64,000 nt of DNA. Origin: a virus. The stretch covers positions 1-64,000 of the IMG/VR virus record IMGVR_UViG_3300049433_000139; one strand, written 5' to 3'. The notes beneath the pieces are model-generated. The model was not told the origin of the DNA. It did not search any database and was given only the letters and a program-made list of their open reading frames with translations. Positions within the stretch are counted from its first letter, which is position 1. Each line of letters starts with the position of its first letter. Below are positions 1 to 9,028 of the stretch, piece after piece. Position numbers and translations under genes: made by a program.

Positions 1-628
1 ACCAGCCGGGAGCGAACATCCATTCGAGGCCGCCACCGACGGTCCAGCCGAAGCGATCGACGCTGTTGGCGCTTTCGGACAGGAAGGTCGTCGGGATGGT
101 GCCGATGAAGTTATGGTCCTGATTGGCCCAGGCGCCGCCGCCCTTGACGTAGCCGAGAACCTGCGGAGCGAACAGGTAACCGATACGGCCGGTGGCGGTG
201 ACAGTGTAGTTGACCCGGTTGTTCGAAATGAATGCGCCGACCGGGAAGCCCGGGAACGCGGTGGGTACTACGTGTGAGCTGCGGAGGTTACCGGCATCGG
301 CCATGCCCTGCACGCCGACCACCCAGCTACCAGCGAACTGGTAATCGCAGCCGATCTGGCCGCCCCCGATCACGTCGGAGCGTTCGCTGCGACCGAAGTC
401 GTTGTTCGGAACGATTGCGGGTCCGCCAACCTTGGCGATCTGGGTCTGCTCGGTCTTGGCCCAGCCGCCGCCGACGTTGCCGCCGATGTAGCAGCCGGTC
501 CAGTTGTAAACGATGACGGGCGGAGCCATCGGCGCCTTGGAGTAGCGCGGCGCCATATCAGCGGCGAAAGCCGGCACGGCAGCTGCCATGACGATCGCGG
601 CGATCGAACCTGTGAGAAATTTGTTCAT
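1..628 (-). CDS. Outer-membrane beta-barrel protein, Omp25/RopB-like (partial, runs off window start)
   Basis: Own translation from ATG 628: MNKFLTGSIAAIVMAAAVPAFAADMAPRYSKAP..YNWTGCYIGGNVGGGW..GGQIGCDYQF..TGRIGY..GWTVGGGLEW; signal peptide and the typical rhizobial Omp25 pattern. Confidence 0.9.
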   Translation of the reverse strand, partial: MNKFLTGSIAAIVMAAAVPAFAADMAPRYSKAPMAPPVIVYNWTGCYIGGNVGGGWAKTEQTQIAKVGGPAIVPNNDFGRSERSDVIGGGQIGCDYQFAGSWVVGVQGMADAGNLRSSHVVPTAFPGFPVGAFISNNRVNYTVTATGRIGYLFAPQVLGYVKGGGAWANQDHNFIGTIPTTFLSESANSVDRFGWTVGGGLEWMFAPGW

Positions 629-1137
629 GTGAGACCCCAAGTTTTTTAATTGGCAATTGCGAGCGCATCAGCAGCGCGATGGACAAACCATACAGGAAAA
701 GCCGCAAAACGCTGTCACCCGGATGCCACACTCGCCAGCATTCGAACGTGGAAGCCCCGATTACCGTCGTTTCGTAAGTAATTGATTCTAAACATGTTTC
801 GTAAGTGCGTTTCTTGCTAAAAACCTGCTTTTTGGCCTGTATGTCCGGTACAGGACATTTTTCCGCCGGCAGGCTCCGTCGTCCGCACGAATCCCGTCCG
901 CTTTTGACCGGGCCTTTGTCAGACCCGGTTTGGGTGAGTCGCGATGCCCGGCACGGCTGTAGATTCTGCAGATTCGTACCCGCCGTTTTACGCGTCTGAT
1001 CGCGGGTTCGCGTTAACATTTTAATATCGGACTTGGCGCAATTGAACGCCGCAAAATCCTTACGCGTTAGGCTTACCCGCAATTTGCGCCGCGGCTTTAA
1101 CCCTTGGGGTCATGCGTTCGATTAGGGTGCTGCATCA

Positions 1138-1650
1138 ATGCAGGATCCTAAGGCGATGCGCGCGTTACCAGCACTGTTACTTCTGATCGGGACGACGTTG
1201 CCGGCTTTGGCCAATGACGGATTCAACATTGTCATTCCCGGCCGCGCCGGTGTGCCGATCATCATCAACGGCGTCGACGCGTCCTGGGCGGTGGTGGAAA
1301 GCGACTGGGGCCTTGCTAAAAACGTCCACATGCAGCCGACGGTCTATGGCGGCCGCATCGTCGACCCCGGACCGCAAGTCGGTCACTATTATCCGAGCGC
1401 CGGCCATATGCCCGGTTACGGCCGGCTGGAAATCCAGCCGCCCGCCAACCGCAAGCTGCCGCAGCCCGCGCAGAGCTATCACCACTCATGGTCGGTTCAG
1501 TCCGCGCAGCAGCCTGCGCAGAACGACGTTCCCTACGATCCGCCGGCTGTGATCGTCGCGCCGGAAAACCGCGCTTCGGGTTCGCCGCAGGATTTGCCAC
1601 GCCAGCCGCATGATTTCCGGCATCGAAATCACCGGAAATTTCACCACTAG
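1138..1650 (+). CDS. Secreted hypothetical protein (host)
   Basis: Signal peptide (ALLLLIGTTLPALA), Pro-rich C-terminus. Confidence 0.65.
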   Translation: MQDPKAMRALPALLLLIGTTLPALANDGFNIVIPGRAGVPIIINGVDASWAVVESDWGLAKNVHMQPTVYGGRIVDPGPQVGHYYPSAGHMPGYGRLEIQPPANRKLPQPAQSYHHSWSVQSAQQPAQNDVPYDPPAVIVAPENRASGSPQDLPRQPHDFRHRNHRKFHH

Positions 1651-1692
1651 CCCCTCACACCCAACCAAAAAACAGATCCACAGGAGAGAGTA

Positions 1693-2295
1693 ATGCGTCA
1701 AATGATTTCAGGATTGGTCGCGGCAGCCGCCGTGATGACGGTAAGTGCCGCGCCAGCCATGGCGTGCGGGGGAGGACTGTTCGGTTTCGGTTCGTGCTCG
1801 CCGTGCGGTCAGGTCAGCCCCTGCGCGCAGAGTTATGCCCCGGCCTTCACCTATGCGACCGGCTGCGGTGGTAGTTGCGGCGGCGGCTATGCGGCCTCCT
1901 ACAACTATTCGGGTTCCTACGGCGGCGGCTGCGGCGGCGGTTGCGGCGTTTCCTACGAGCGGCTGCCCGAGCTTTCGCCGCAATACTATCACGTCAATCA
2001 GGGCCCGACCTATACCGGTCCGGGCAATTTCGCACCGTATCCGAGCTATCAGGAAAACGCGCCCTACGGGTACCGCGGCGGTTCCGTCGGATATGGCTAC
2101 GGCGTGCGATCCGGCTATCGTTACGGCGCGGGCTACGGTGTTGGCCGCGGCTACGGTGTCGGCCGCGCTTACGGTGTCGGACGTGGATACGGCATCGGAC
2201 GTGGCTACGGCGTGCGCCATGGCATGGGCTACGGCGTTGCGCGCGGCTATGGCGTTGGACGCGGCTACGGCCATGGCGGCATGCGCCGCTACTGA
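1693..2295 (+). CDS. Secreted Gly/Tyr/Cys-rich repeat protein (host)
   Basis: RBS AGGAGAG, signal peptide, C-terminal GYGVGR-type hexapeptide repeats. Confidence 0.75.
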   Translation: MRQMISGLVAAAAVMTVSAAPAMACGGGLFGFGSCSPCGQVSPCAQSYAPAFTYATGCGGSCGGGYAASYNYSGSYGGGCGGGCGVSYERLPELSPQYYHVNQGPTYTGPGNFAPYPSYQENAPYGYRGGSVGYGYGVRSGYRYGAGYGVGRGYGVGRAYGVGRGYGIGRGYGVRHGMGYGVARGYGVGRGYGHGGMRRY

Positions 2296-2318
2296 TCCGG
2301 CGATGGTCTGAAAAATTT

Positions 2319-2353
2319 CGGCGCCCGTTCGCAATTGTTGCGAGCGGGCGTTG
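2319..2353. terminator. Long hairpin between convergent host genes, probable bidirectional terminator
   Basis: CGGCGCCCGTTCGCAA-TTG-TTGCGAGCGGGCGTTG inverted repeat. Confidence 0.55.
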
Positions 2354-2367
2354 TCCGGTCTGATCCC

Positions 2368-3189
2368 TCAGCCCATCAGGCCGAGCCTGACGGCGCCGAT
2401 GTAGAGCGCCAGCACCGCGGCGTTGGAGACGTTGAGGCTCTTGATTTCACCTGGCATGTCGAGCCGCGCCACCACGCTGCAGGTTTCGCGCGTCAACTGC
2501 CGCAAGCCCTTGCCTTCGGCCCCGAGCACCAGCGCCAGCGGCTGCCGCAACGCGACCGCGCCGAGATTCTCGCTGCCTTCGCTGTCGAGGCCGACGGTCA
2601 TGAAGCCAATGTCGTTCAACTCGTTCAGCGCGCGCGCCAGGTTTTGCACGGTGACCAGCGGCACCAGTTCCAGCGCGCCCGAGGCGGATTTCGCCAGCAC
2701 GCCGGTGGCTTCCGGACTGTGACGCGCGGTGGTGACGATGGCTTTCACCGCGAACGCCGCCGCCGAGCGCAGAATCGCGCCGACATTGTGCGGATCGGTG
2801 ATCTGGTCGAGCACCAGTACGATGCCTTCAAGTGGCAGCGTGTCGATGTCCGGCGACTCCAGCGGATCGGCTTCGGCGAGCAGGCCTTGATGCACGGCGT
2901 CGGGCCCGAGCCGCGCGTCGATGAGGGTGGGACGGACGATTTCCGGCGCCACACGGGTGTCGATGTTTTCGTCCGCAAGCCGCCGCGCGGCATTCTCGGT
3001 GAGCAGCAGTTTTCGGATCTTGCGCTGCGGGTTGTTGAGTGCCGCAGCCACCGTATGCCAACCGTAAAGAATGGCGGGACCGTCGACACGCGCCTCGCGG
3101 TCGCGCCAGGCGGGCCGGCCGCCGTCGCGCCCCTTCGGTCCCTTGCCGGGGCCGCGTGAAAAACGCTGTTTTCGGTCGCGATCGCTCAT
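2368..3189 (-). CDS. rlmB: TrmH/SpoU family RNA 2'-O-methyltransferase (RlmB-like)
   Basis: LYGWH, HQG, LDQITDPHNVGAILRSA, LGAEGKGLR and SLNVSNA SPOUT motifs. Confidence 0.92.
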   Translation of the reverse strand: MSDRDRKQRFSRGPGKGPKGRDGGRPAWRDREARVDGPAILYGWHTVAAALNNPQRKIRKLLLTENAARRLADENIDTRVAPEIVRPTLIDARLGPDAVHQGLLAEADPLESPDIDTLPLEGIVLVLDQITDPHNVGAILRSAAAFAVKAIVTTARHSPEATGVLAKSASGALELVPLVTVQNLARALNELNDIGFMTVGLDSEGSENLGAVALRQPLALVLGAEGKGLRQLTRETCSVVARLDMPGEIKSLNVSNAAVLALYIGAVRLGLMG

Positions 3190-3408
3190 GGCGCGCTTGT
3201 CTCACGGGTTCCCGATAATGGCAATTTGTAGCCCGGAATTCAGCCGGGGCAGGGACGCAGTTTCGGTGGCCGCCCTTGGTTGACTTTGCAGGCGCACTTC
3301 CCCCATAAACGCGCCAGCCGGGAGCCCGCCATCGGCAACCGGTTTTAATGTCATCCATGGCCGCTCAGACGCCCCTTTCGGCGGGTGAATGGTCCGATGC
3401 TGTTGAGC

Positions 3409-3494
3409 GGGGGAGTGTCCCGAGTGGCAAAGGGAGCTGACTGTAAATCAGCCGTCTTATGACTTCGAAGGTTCGAGTCCTTCTTCCCCCACCA
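3409..3494 (+). tRNA. tRNA-Tyr (GTA), prophage integration site
   Basis: GGGGGAG acceptor stem, GCTGA-CTGTAAA-TCAGC anticodon arm, long variable arm, GAAGG-TTCGAGT-CCTTC T-arm, encoded CCA. Confidence 0.97.
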
Positions 3495-3536
3495 GCTTGA
3501 TCTTACACGAGAATTAAGTTGCGGCCGCGATTTGCT

Positions 3537-3568
3537 GTAAGCAATCCGTAAGCAATGCTGTAAGCAAT
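3537..3568 (+). repeat. Three GTAAGCAAT direct repeats, probable integrase arm-type sites of attL
   Basis: Copies at 3537-3545, 3548-3556 and 3560-3568, 43 bp from the tRNA end. Confidence 0.65.
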
Positions 3569-3657
3569 CGGTTTTTCGCGATTCGTTCGGCTCCCGATGC
3601 AGGCGTTATACTCAATTCGCGAACATAGTATTGCTTTTGCCAGGCGCGCGCGCCCCG

Positions 3658-3951
3658 CTACGGCGGTGCCACCCGTCGATCGCCTGGATTGAACCGACCG
3701 GGATAGCGAGGCCAGTGGACGCCAGGTCCGGCCTCGTCGGCCCATGAGAATATAAAGCCGCGGGATTCGAAGTACTCTTGCAAATAAGCGAGCATGTCGA
3801 GTGTGACGTTATCCGGCACACCAAAAGACGCTTCAATTCGTCGGATCGAACTTACCGATATCTTGGCTTTCTTAGCAAGATGTTCAATAGGCCACTTGAG
3901 CATGGCTCGCGCAGCCCGCGCTTGACACGCAGTTAGCCGATCAGTTTTCAT
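3658..3951 (-). CDS. XRE-family HTH transcriptional regulator
   Basis: LTACQARAARAMLKWPIEHLAKKAKISVSSIRRIE, typical alphaproteobacterial XRE; start taken at ATG 3951. Confidence 0.8.
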   Translation of the reverse strand: MKTDRLTACQARAARAMLKWPIEHLAKKAKISVSSIRRIEASFGVPDNVTLDMLAYLQEYFESRGFIFSWADEAGPGVHWPRYPGRFNPGDRRVAPP

Positions 3952-4384
3952 GTGGGTTCCAAGGATGCAACCGCCCAATTGCTGTGCGGTAAATACAACA
4001 GTTTTCAAAATGGCATCAGTCTTTAAAATAAATTTGAACGAATCGCGTTCTCTCTTGACCTGAAAGCGTTCAAGGCCCAATGCAAGGTTGTGAGCAATAT
4101 TGCTCACATTCGACAGTCTCAGGGGTAAACCAAAGTGAGGGACGCAAAAAAAGAAACGACCGAGCCGGAAGGGTTTTCAACCAGGCTCGTTATGGCAATG
4201 GCAAGCGATGTAGTCGACATGTATCAGTCGGCGAACCGGGTTCGTCAGTGGTTCGAGCCACTGGCGCGCGAACACGGCGTCACGGTTGTGTTCGACTGAG
4301 AATTCTACTCTTAATATTACTGGCGGACAAGGCCGAATTGCAGCGCCAATGCTGCGTTTGTAAATTTAAGCGGGAAGGGCGGGG

Positions 4385-4834
4385 CTAGGCGCGGGCGCCG
4401 CGGGGCAGCGGTAAGCCCATCTCCGCCTCAAGTTCTTCCTGGAGAAGGGCCAGGCCACGCCACACCATAGCGGCACTCTCACGCATGGCGCCGTCGAACC
4501 CGCCATGGTTGACCAAGTGGCGAACGATGCAATCGGCGTGGTCCGTAGACTTGCCACGGGCGTGGTGCATCGGCTGGCCGGGATTATGCTTTTCGTTGCC
4601 GAGGTAAGAGACCTGTGCGACGGCGGCCAAGGCATCAGGGAAGTAAGCGAGCAGCCCGGAGAACATGGGAAACGTCTTGCGCGTGGCCGAGTCGGTGTCG
4701 ATGAGGCGCTGCCGGGACGGGGCGGGTACTTGACGCTGTACGGGGCAGAACGAACAGCGGCCGCTATCGGAAACGTTCTCGCACCATGTGGCACCGTCAA
4801 CGGTACAGAACGGAATCTCCCCGAGGTCACTCAC
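4385..4834 (-). CDS. dATP/dGTP diphosphohydrolase-domain protein (DUF5664-like)
   Basis: FPDALAAVAQVSYLGNEKHNPG..DHADCIVRHL..AMVWRGLALLQ pattern. Confidence 0.7.
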   Translation of the reverse strand: MSDLGEIPFCTVDGATWCENVSDSGRCSFCPVQRQVPAPSRQRLIDTDSATRKTFPMFSGLLAYFPDALAAVAQVSYLGNEKHNPGQPMHHARGKSTDHADCIVRHLVNHGGFDGAMRESAAMVWRGLALLQEELEAEMGLPLPRGARA

Positions 4835-5274
4835 AGCACAATGACCTTCAAGCCCAGCGCCACGGCTGTGGCGTGTTCCGCCGTGGCGCCCTTACTCTTT
4901 TCCCACCCTGGCAAAAGCGCGATCGCTTCGGCCTCTGCGCATATCCAGCGCAGATCGTCTCCGAGCGCCATGCGAAGATCGAAGCCATGTTGCGAGGCAG
5001 CCAACTTTTCGCAGCCGTCGGCATTACCTTTCGAAATGTCCGTGCCGTGCCGCTCGTTGTCTTTTTCGGCCGGGTTGAACACCGTGTGACCCTGTGCGCG
5101 GAGCGCGGCGGCGGCGGCGTGAAAGGCCGGGAAGTTGAATTCGTTGTAGCCCCTCATCGGGCCGGCCAAATAGCACTTGAGCGGAGCAAGCGGCGGGCTG
5201 CGCCCCCACAACGCCTCGACACACTCGCCAGTGGTTTGGCATTTTCCGTTTTCACAAGTCATCGGAACGCACAT
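4831..5274 (-). CDS. DUF4406 / nucleoside 2-deoxyribosyltransferase-like protein
   Basis: YLAGPMRG..FNFPAF..VFNPAE..LLPGWEKSKGATAE; GGAG RBS before ATG 5274. Confidence 0.8.
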   Translation of the reverse strand: MCVPMTCENGKCQTTGECVEALWGRSPPLAPLKCYLAGPMRGYNEFNFPAFHAAAAALRAQGHTVFNPAEKDNERHGTDISKGNADGCEKLAASQHGFDLRMALGDDLRWICAEAEAIALLPGWEKSKGATAEHATAVALGLKVIVL

Positions 5275-5299
5275 ATAGATTTTCTCCAAGGAAGCCGTT

Positions 5300-5330
5300 A
5301 ACTTACCGCCAATTTGCAAAAAGTCAACAG
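5300..5330 (-). promoter_or_regulatory. Phage promoter/operator cassette, copy 1
   Basis: CTGTTGACTTTTTGCAAATTGGCGGTAAGTT. Confidence 0.75.
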
Positions 5331-5334
5331 AAAT

Positions 5335-5628
5335 CTAACGTTGGCAGTCGCAGCGCTCCGGACCGCAGTACATGAAACAGCGTTTTTGAATTTGAACCGA
5401 AGGCATCAAGGAAAGGTCGTGCAGTCCGACGTGTGCAACGTCCGGCGCTACCGGCGGCACATCCCCTACCCATCGCGGCCCGGCTGCGGCGTGGCGCTCC
5501 GCTATTGCGACATGGTTGCGCGCCCATTCCCGATCGGTAGCAGGCCACGTTTCGAGGTATCCGGGCAGCGAGGCATAACCCGCTTCGACTGCGGCGCGGT
5601 GCGCGTTCTGTTCGTCGACCAAGGTCAT
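5335..5628 (-). CDS. Hypothetical phage protein, Cys-rich C-terminus
   Basis: GAGGA RBS, MTLVDEQNAHR start. Confidence 0.5.
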   Translation of the reverse strand: MTLVDEQNAHRAAVEAGYASLPGYLETWPATDREWARNHVAIAERHAAAGPRWVGDVPPVAPDVAHVGLHDLSLMPSVQIQKRCFMYCGPERCDCQR

Positions 5629-5717
5629 TTCAGTTCCTCGTGTAGCCACCAAATCGTCACCGGCACCAACGCCGCCACGATGCAAATCAGCGCGAAAGCT
5701 TCTTGTGGGGGAGTCAC
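5625..5717 (-). CDS. Small membrane peptide (30 aa, not in ORF track)
   Basis: MTPPQEAFALICIVAALVPVTIWWLHEELK; 4-nt overlaps with both neighbours. Confidence 0.5.
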   Translation of the reverse strand: MTPPQEAFALICIVAALVPVTIWWLHEELK

Positions 5718-5965
5718 TTCCGGTAGCCTGGCCAAATGTCATCGGCCGAACCGCCGTGCGCTTCATAACCCGCGATGTATTGTCCCAAATCCGTCAATGA
5801 GATTTTGCCGCCGCATTCGAGACATGGGTGTTTTTGACCGAGGTGGACCGACGTCGCTTCGAAGCGGTGGCGTTTGCATGCGCTAAGGCGCGCAATGTTT
5901 GCTTTGACCTGATCCCAAAGCAACAGGGCTTCGTCGCGGGTTAAAAAGGCTGAGAAGGCGGGCAT
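5714..5965 (-). CDS. Hypothetical phage protein (CxxH..CxxC)
   Basis: In-operon ORF with Zn-binding-like residues. Confidence 0.6.
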   Translation of the reverse strand: MPAFSAFLTRDEALLLWDQVKANIARLSACKRHRFEATSVHLGQKHPCLECGGKISLTDLGQYIAGYEAHGGSADDIWPGYRK

Positions 5966-5967
5966 GA

Positions 5968-7266
5968 CTAAGCCGCCCCGTACAGCGTCGGCAGGATCAT
6001 GGTATTTGACCCGTCGTAAATCGTGCCTTCCTCGATCGACCCCAACCGGATCGGCAAATAGCGCAACAGCCCATGGCGCTCGTGAATCACGACCATGTTT
6101 TGCTGCGCCGGCTCTGGATCCGCGCGGATGGACTTAGCGAACTCGCCGAAGCCGACACCCGATCCGTTGCCGAAACCGAAAGGTGTCATGCCTGTGGTGT
6201 GGAAGTGACCGGAGAACACCCACCGCACCGGCCGGCGCTGGCGATATTCGGTGTCCACGATCTTGCGGTGACCCTTAATGATCGTTGCCATGGGACCAAT
6301 GAAGCCCGTCCCGCCGCCGGACCCCATGCGATCGCCGTGCGTGAGCAACGCCGGCCAGCCCGCGACGTCGAAATAGGCATCAAACCCGCGCGGCTGGAAA
6401 TGGCGAATGGTCGGGACGTGGCGCAGCGCCGCCTCGACGAAATCCGCGACCAGGGTGTCATAGGACTGCAGGCTGACCAGTTTGGTTCGCGGCTTGCCGA
6501 ACGTCGCGCGTCCGTGATTGCCGACGACGGAAATGCAGTGGATTTCTACGCTCTTGCGGAAGCGCCCTTGCAGCTCGTTGTGGAGCCTTAAAATACCCGC
6601 CGAAATATATTCGGCCGCGAACTTGACCTGTTCGAACGCGGTGCCGCCGTCGGTCTCAGCGTGCTCCGGATGCAGTCCAGCTCCCGATATAAGGTCGCCG
6701 CCCAAGAGAATGTTGACGCGCTCCGGTGCCCCGTCGGACGCGGGCCATGCGCTCGTCATGAGGATGCAAGCCGTTTCGAACAGCCGCCCGATACGCTTCC
6801 GTGCCGTGGGCACATCGTAACTATTGACACCTGCGACTTCCTCGCGGTTGACCGTCTCGCCAACGTGTAGATCGGACAGATGCAGGACGACTGCTTGTCG
6901 CCCCTTGCCTTTTCCATCGCCGTTGCGCAGGAACTTCGGCTGCAGCCGGGCAGGCTCTTTCGGGAGACCCAGGACGTGCTCGCGGTGATTTTCCGCGTCG
7001 GCAGTGCGGCGCTCGGCATCGCGAAGAAGCAAGCGCAGACGTGCGTTTTCGTCCTGTGCGGCGCGCAGGCGGATAGGGTCGGAGTTGTCGATTGTGCGAA
7101 CGGGAGGCGGCGGAGCGGAGCCGCGAGTTGCGGCGACCCTTAGGCGGGCCTGTATCGTGCCGCGTGCGATACCAAGCGCGGCGGCTGCGGCTGTTTGCGA
7201 ACCATGTTTGGTAACGGCGTCAACGGCTTCTTTTGCCAGTGCGTCGGAAAGTTCATGCGCAGCCAT
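5968..7266 (-). CDS. Calcineurin-like metallophosphoesterase with N-terminal HTH/coiled coil
   Basis: SDLH, GGD, GNHG, HGD and GHFH motifs; N-terminal HGSQTAAAAALGIARGTIQARL. Confidence 0.8.
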   Translation of the reverse strand: MAAHELSDALAKEAVDAVTKHGSQTAAAAALGIARGTIQARLRVAATRGSAPPPPVRTIDNSDPIRLRAAQDENARLRLLLRDAERRTADAENHREHVLGLPKEPARLQPKFLRNGDGKGKGRQAVVLHLSDLHVGETVNREEVAGVNSYDVPTARKRIGRLFETACILMTSAWPASDGAPERVNILLGGDLISGAGLHPEHAETDGGTAFEQVKFAAEYISAGILRLHNELQGRFRKSVEIHCISVVGNHGRATFGKPRTKLVSLQSYDTLVADFVEAALRHVPTIRHFQPRGFDAYFDVAGWPALLTHGDRMGSGGGTGFIGPMATIIKGHRKIVDTEYRQRRPVRWVFSGHFHTTGMTPFGFGNGSGVGFGEFAKSIRADPEPAQQNMVVIHERHGLLRYLPIRLGSIEEGTIYDGSNTMILPTLYGAA

Positions 7267-7610
7267 CAGGCAGCCCCGCCCTTCGACTCAAGCACGCGGT
7301 CCAGTCGATCGGTCACGCCGCGAATGTCGCGCTTGATTTCCTCGACTAGATCGCGAAATCGATCCTCGGCGTGGCGCAATTCCGGGTCGGATACGAACAG
7401 TGTTGCGGCAGCTACCTTATAGTCGGACAGCTCTTTTTGCAGTGTCTCGACTTTCAAGCCCAATGCGGTAGCGAGAATGGAAGCGGCCTGCGCTGATGTT
7501 TCGGTATTCGCGATGCGTTTGGAAAACGCCATCAGAAACCCGCCAATGAGACCTAGCGAGCCGATAACGGCACAAATCGCAACAACCATGGACGTGGATA
7601 CTTCGATCAT
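7266..7610 (-). CDS. Membrane-anchored coiled-coil protein of the lysis region
   Basis: N-terminal TM helix followed by heptad repeats. Confidence 0.65.
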   Translation of the reverse strand: MIEVSTSMVVAICAVIGSLGLIGGFLMAFSKRIANTETSAQAASILATALGLKVETLQKELSDYKVAAATLFVSDPELRHAEDRFRDLVEEIKRDIRGVTDRLDRVLESKGGAA

Positions 7611-7699
7611 TTGCCGCGTCCTCTTGGCGCTACGGCAACACCGAACACGATCAGTGCAAAGGCGAGCGTGATTGCAGCGTTGGCGACAAAGCGTTTCAT
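7607..7699 (-). CDS. Small membrane peptide (30 aa, not in ORF track)
   Basis: MKRFVANAAITLAFALIVFGVAVAPRGRGK; ATGA overlaps at both ends. Confidence 0.55.
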   Translation of the reverse strand: MKRFVANAAITLAFALIVFGVAVAPRGRGK

Positions 7700-7812
7700 C
7701 GCAGGCACAACGCGGCGTGGTGAAGGTCCCATGCGTTAGCGAACACCACTGCGGCGAATGCTACAAACATTGCGCAGAGCGTGAATTTTATATCAGGGTG
7801 AAGGCGTTTCAC
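7696..7812 (-). CDS. Small membrane peptide (38 aa, not in ORF track)
   Basis: MKRLHPDIKFTLCAMFVAFAAVVFANAWDLHHAALCLR; GTGA/ATGA overlaps. Confidence 0.55.
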   Translation of the reverse strand: MKRLHPDIKFTLCAMFVAFAAVVFANAWDLHHAALCLR

Positions 7813-8144
7813 TTCACGCGCCCTCGCAGTCGCCACTTCCGTACCTTGGCACCGCCGGTCCAACAACGCTTGTTGACGCCCGTTTGGTTATGGATGCGAA
7901 CGGCGTTGATGGTCGGCAGAGTGTCGTTTGCGTAGTCGAACTGGATCGATCGCCAGCCGGCGCAGCGCGCCTTACTTTCGAGCTGGCTGTTCCCCGCGGT
8001 TACGGTTGAACGGGTCGCTTCGAAGCAATTCCCGAGAGGCAGACACAGGACCGACAGTATCAACAGCGTCAGTGCGGGCTTGCTCGCCGTTTTCAGTTTC
8101 GTTTGCCAGGGCGGCGTTCCATTGGGAGCGAACACGGTTTTCAC
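7809..8144 (-). CDS. Putative o-spanin (Rz1-like lipoprotein); start uncertain
   Basis: Lipobox-like LLILSVLCLPLGNC; overlaps the 3' half of the upstream TM protein gene; C-terminal HN..C. Confidence 0.6.
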   Translation of the reverse strand: MKTVFAPNGTPPWQTKLKTASKPALTLLILSVLCLPLGNCFEATRSTVTAGNSQLESKARCAGWRSIQFDYANDTLPTINAVRIHNQTGVNKRCWTGGAKVRKWRLRGRVK

Positions 8145-8337
8145 CTAGGGTAACTCCTATTGCAACGGCGATTGAAAATGTGATGATGATTGCGCCGATG
8201 GCGACGAACCAAAGCTTGCTCTTAATGGTCGGCGCGAAGTAGACGCCAGCCGCGCACCCTGCGATCATGAGACCAGCAAGGCCAAAGTGCCACACGAGAG
8301 GCCAGAGTCCGGCGCCAAGGGTGTAAAGCCACTGCAT
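7972..8337 (-). CDS. Putative i-spanin (Rz-like)
   Basis: N-terminal TM segments then periplasmic helix; downstream of endolysin; TAATG overlap at 8337. Confidence 0.6.
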   Translation of the reverse strand: MQWLYTLGAGLWPLVWHFGLAGLMIAGCAAGVYFAPTIKSKLWFVAIGAIIITFSIAVAIGVTLGENRVRSQWNAALANETENGEQARTDAVDTVGPVSASRELLRSDPFNRNRGEQPARK

Positions 8338-8435
8338 TACTTGCTCCCCGGCAAGAGGCAGCACAGCCCGAGGACCGCGAAGATACCGACCATGATGTAT
8401 AGCGGCGTGAAGTTGACCGTGCTTGTTAAGAGCAT
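8337..8435 (-). CDS. Small membrane peptide (32 aa)
   Basis: MLLTSTVNFTPLYIMVGIFAVLGLCCLLPGSK, between endolysin and spanin and overlapping both. Confidence 0.5.
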   Translation of the reverse strand: MLLTSTVNFTPLYIMVGIFAVLGLCCLLPGSK

Positions 8436-9028
8436 TTGCGCCACCATGGACACTTGGGCGCGGCGACGGCGGCGACCGCTGCCTTGATCGCAGGATGGGT
8501 CACGACCTTGTTCGGCGCGTTCAAACCCTCCAAGCAAAGATCACGCTCGCTCTTGCGACCGTCGCCAATACCGCTCCGTCGCGCGACGAGGCCCTTGCGG
8601 ACCTGGCCATCGGAGCGGACATACCAGCCTTGAAAGGCGTTGCAGCCGCTGCGGACGTCGCCTGCATTCATCAGGCGGACCATGTTGGATTTGCAGACGG
8701 CGGCGGGTCCAGCATTATAAGCGGCGTCAAGCAGTGCGGCCATGGACTTGTCGGGAAGCGAAACCTTGACGCACTTCTGCAGCGGTGCGAGATACTTCGG
8801 CAGCGATGCCGCTAGCATTTCGTCACACTGCGCATCGGTGAATCGTGTGCCGACCTTAACCTTGCCGAACTCGTCGGTTTGTCCGTGGCAATAGGTGATG
8901 GGATGGCCTGTGCCGATGGCATCGCGCTTGGCCACGTGGTCGGTGCCTTCCCACGCGGGCAGGAAGGCGACGCAAGCGGCGATGCATCCGGCACCGGCAA
9001 CGGTTGCACCTGTTTTTGCCTTGCTCAT
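8426..9028 (-). CDS. Endolysin, GH24 lysozyme, possibly SAR-type
   Basis: Ala/Gly-rich N-terminal hydrophobic stretch, WEG..D..TYCHGQT catalytic region, YNAG, GLVARR..ERDLC. Confidence 0.9.
   Translation of the reverse strand: MSKAKTGATVAGAGCIAACVAFLPAWEGTDHVAKRDAIGTGHPITYCHGQTDEFGKVKVGTRFTDAQCDEMLAASLPKYLAPLQKCVKVSLPDKSMAALLDAAYNAGPAAVCKSNMVRLMNAGDVRSGCNAFQGWYVRSDGQVRKGLVARRSGIGDGRKSERDLCLEGLNAPNKVVTHPAIKAAVAAVAAPKCPWWRKCS

Noticed and set aside
3952-4384. ORF 4080-4388 (+) and the extension of the XRE ORF to 4107
   Set aside because: No RBS or motifs; more likely the regulatory region of the XRE gene
4385-4834. Z-base (diaminopurine) genome system
   Set aside because: No PurZ-like gene in the window; the diphosphohydrolase domain alone is insufficient
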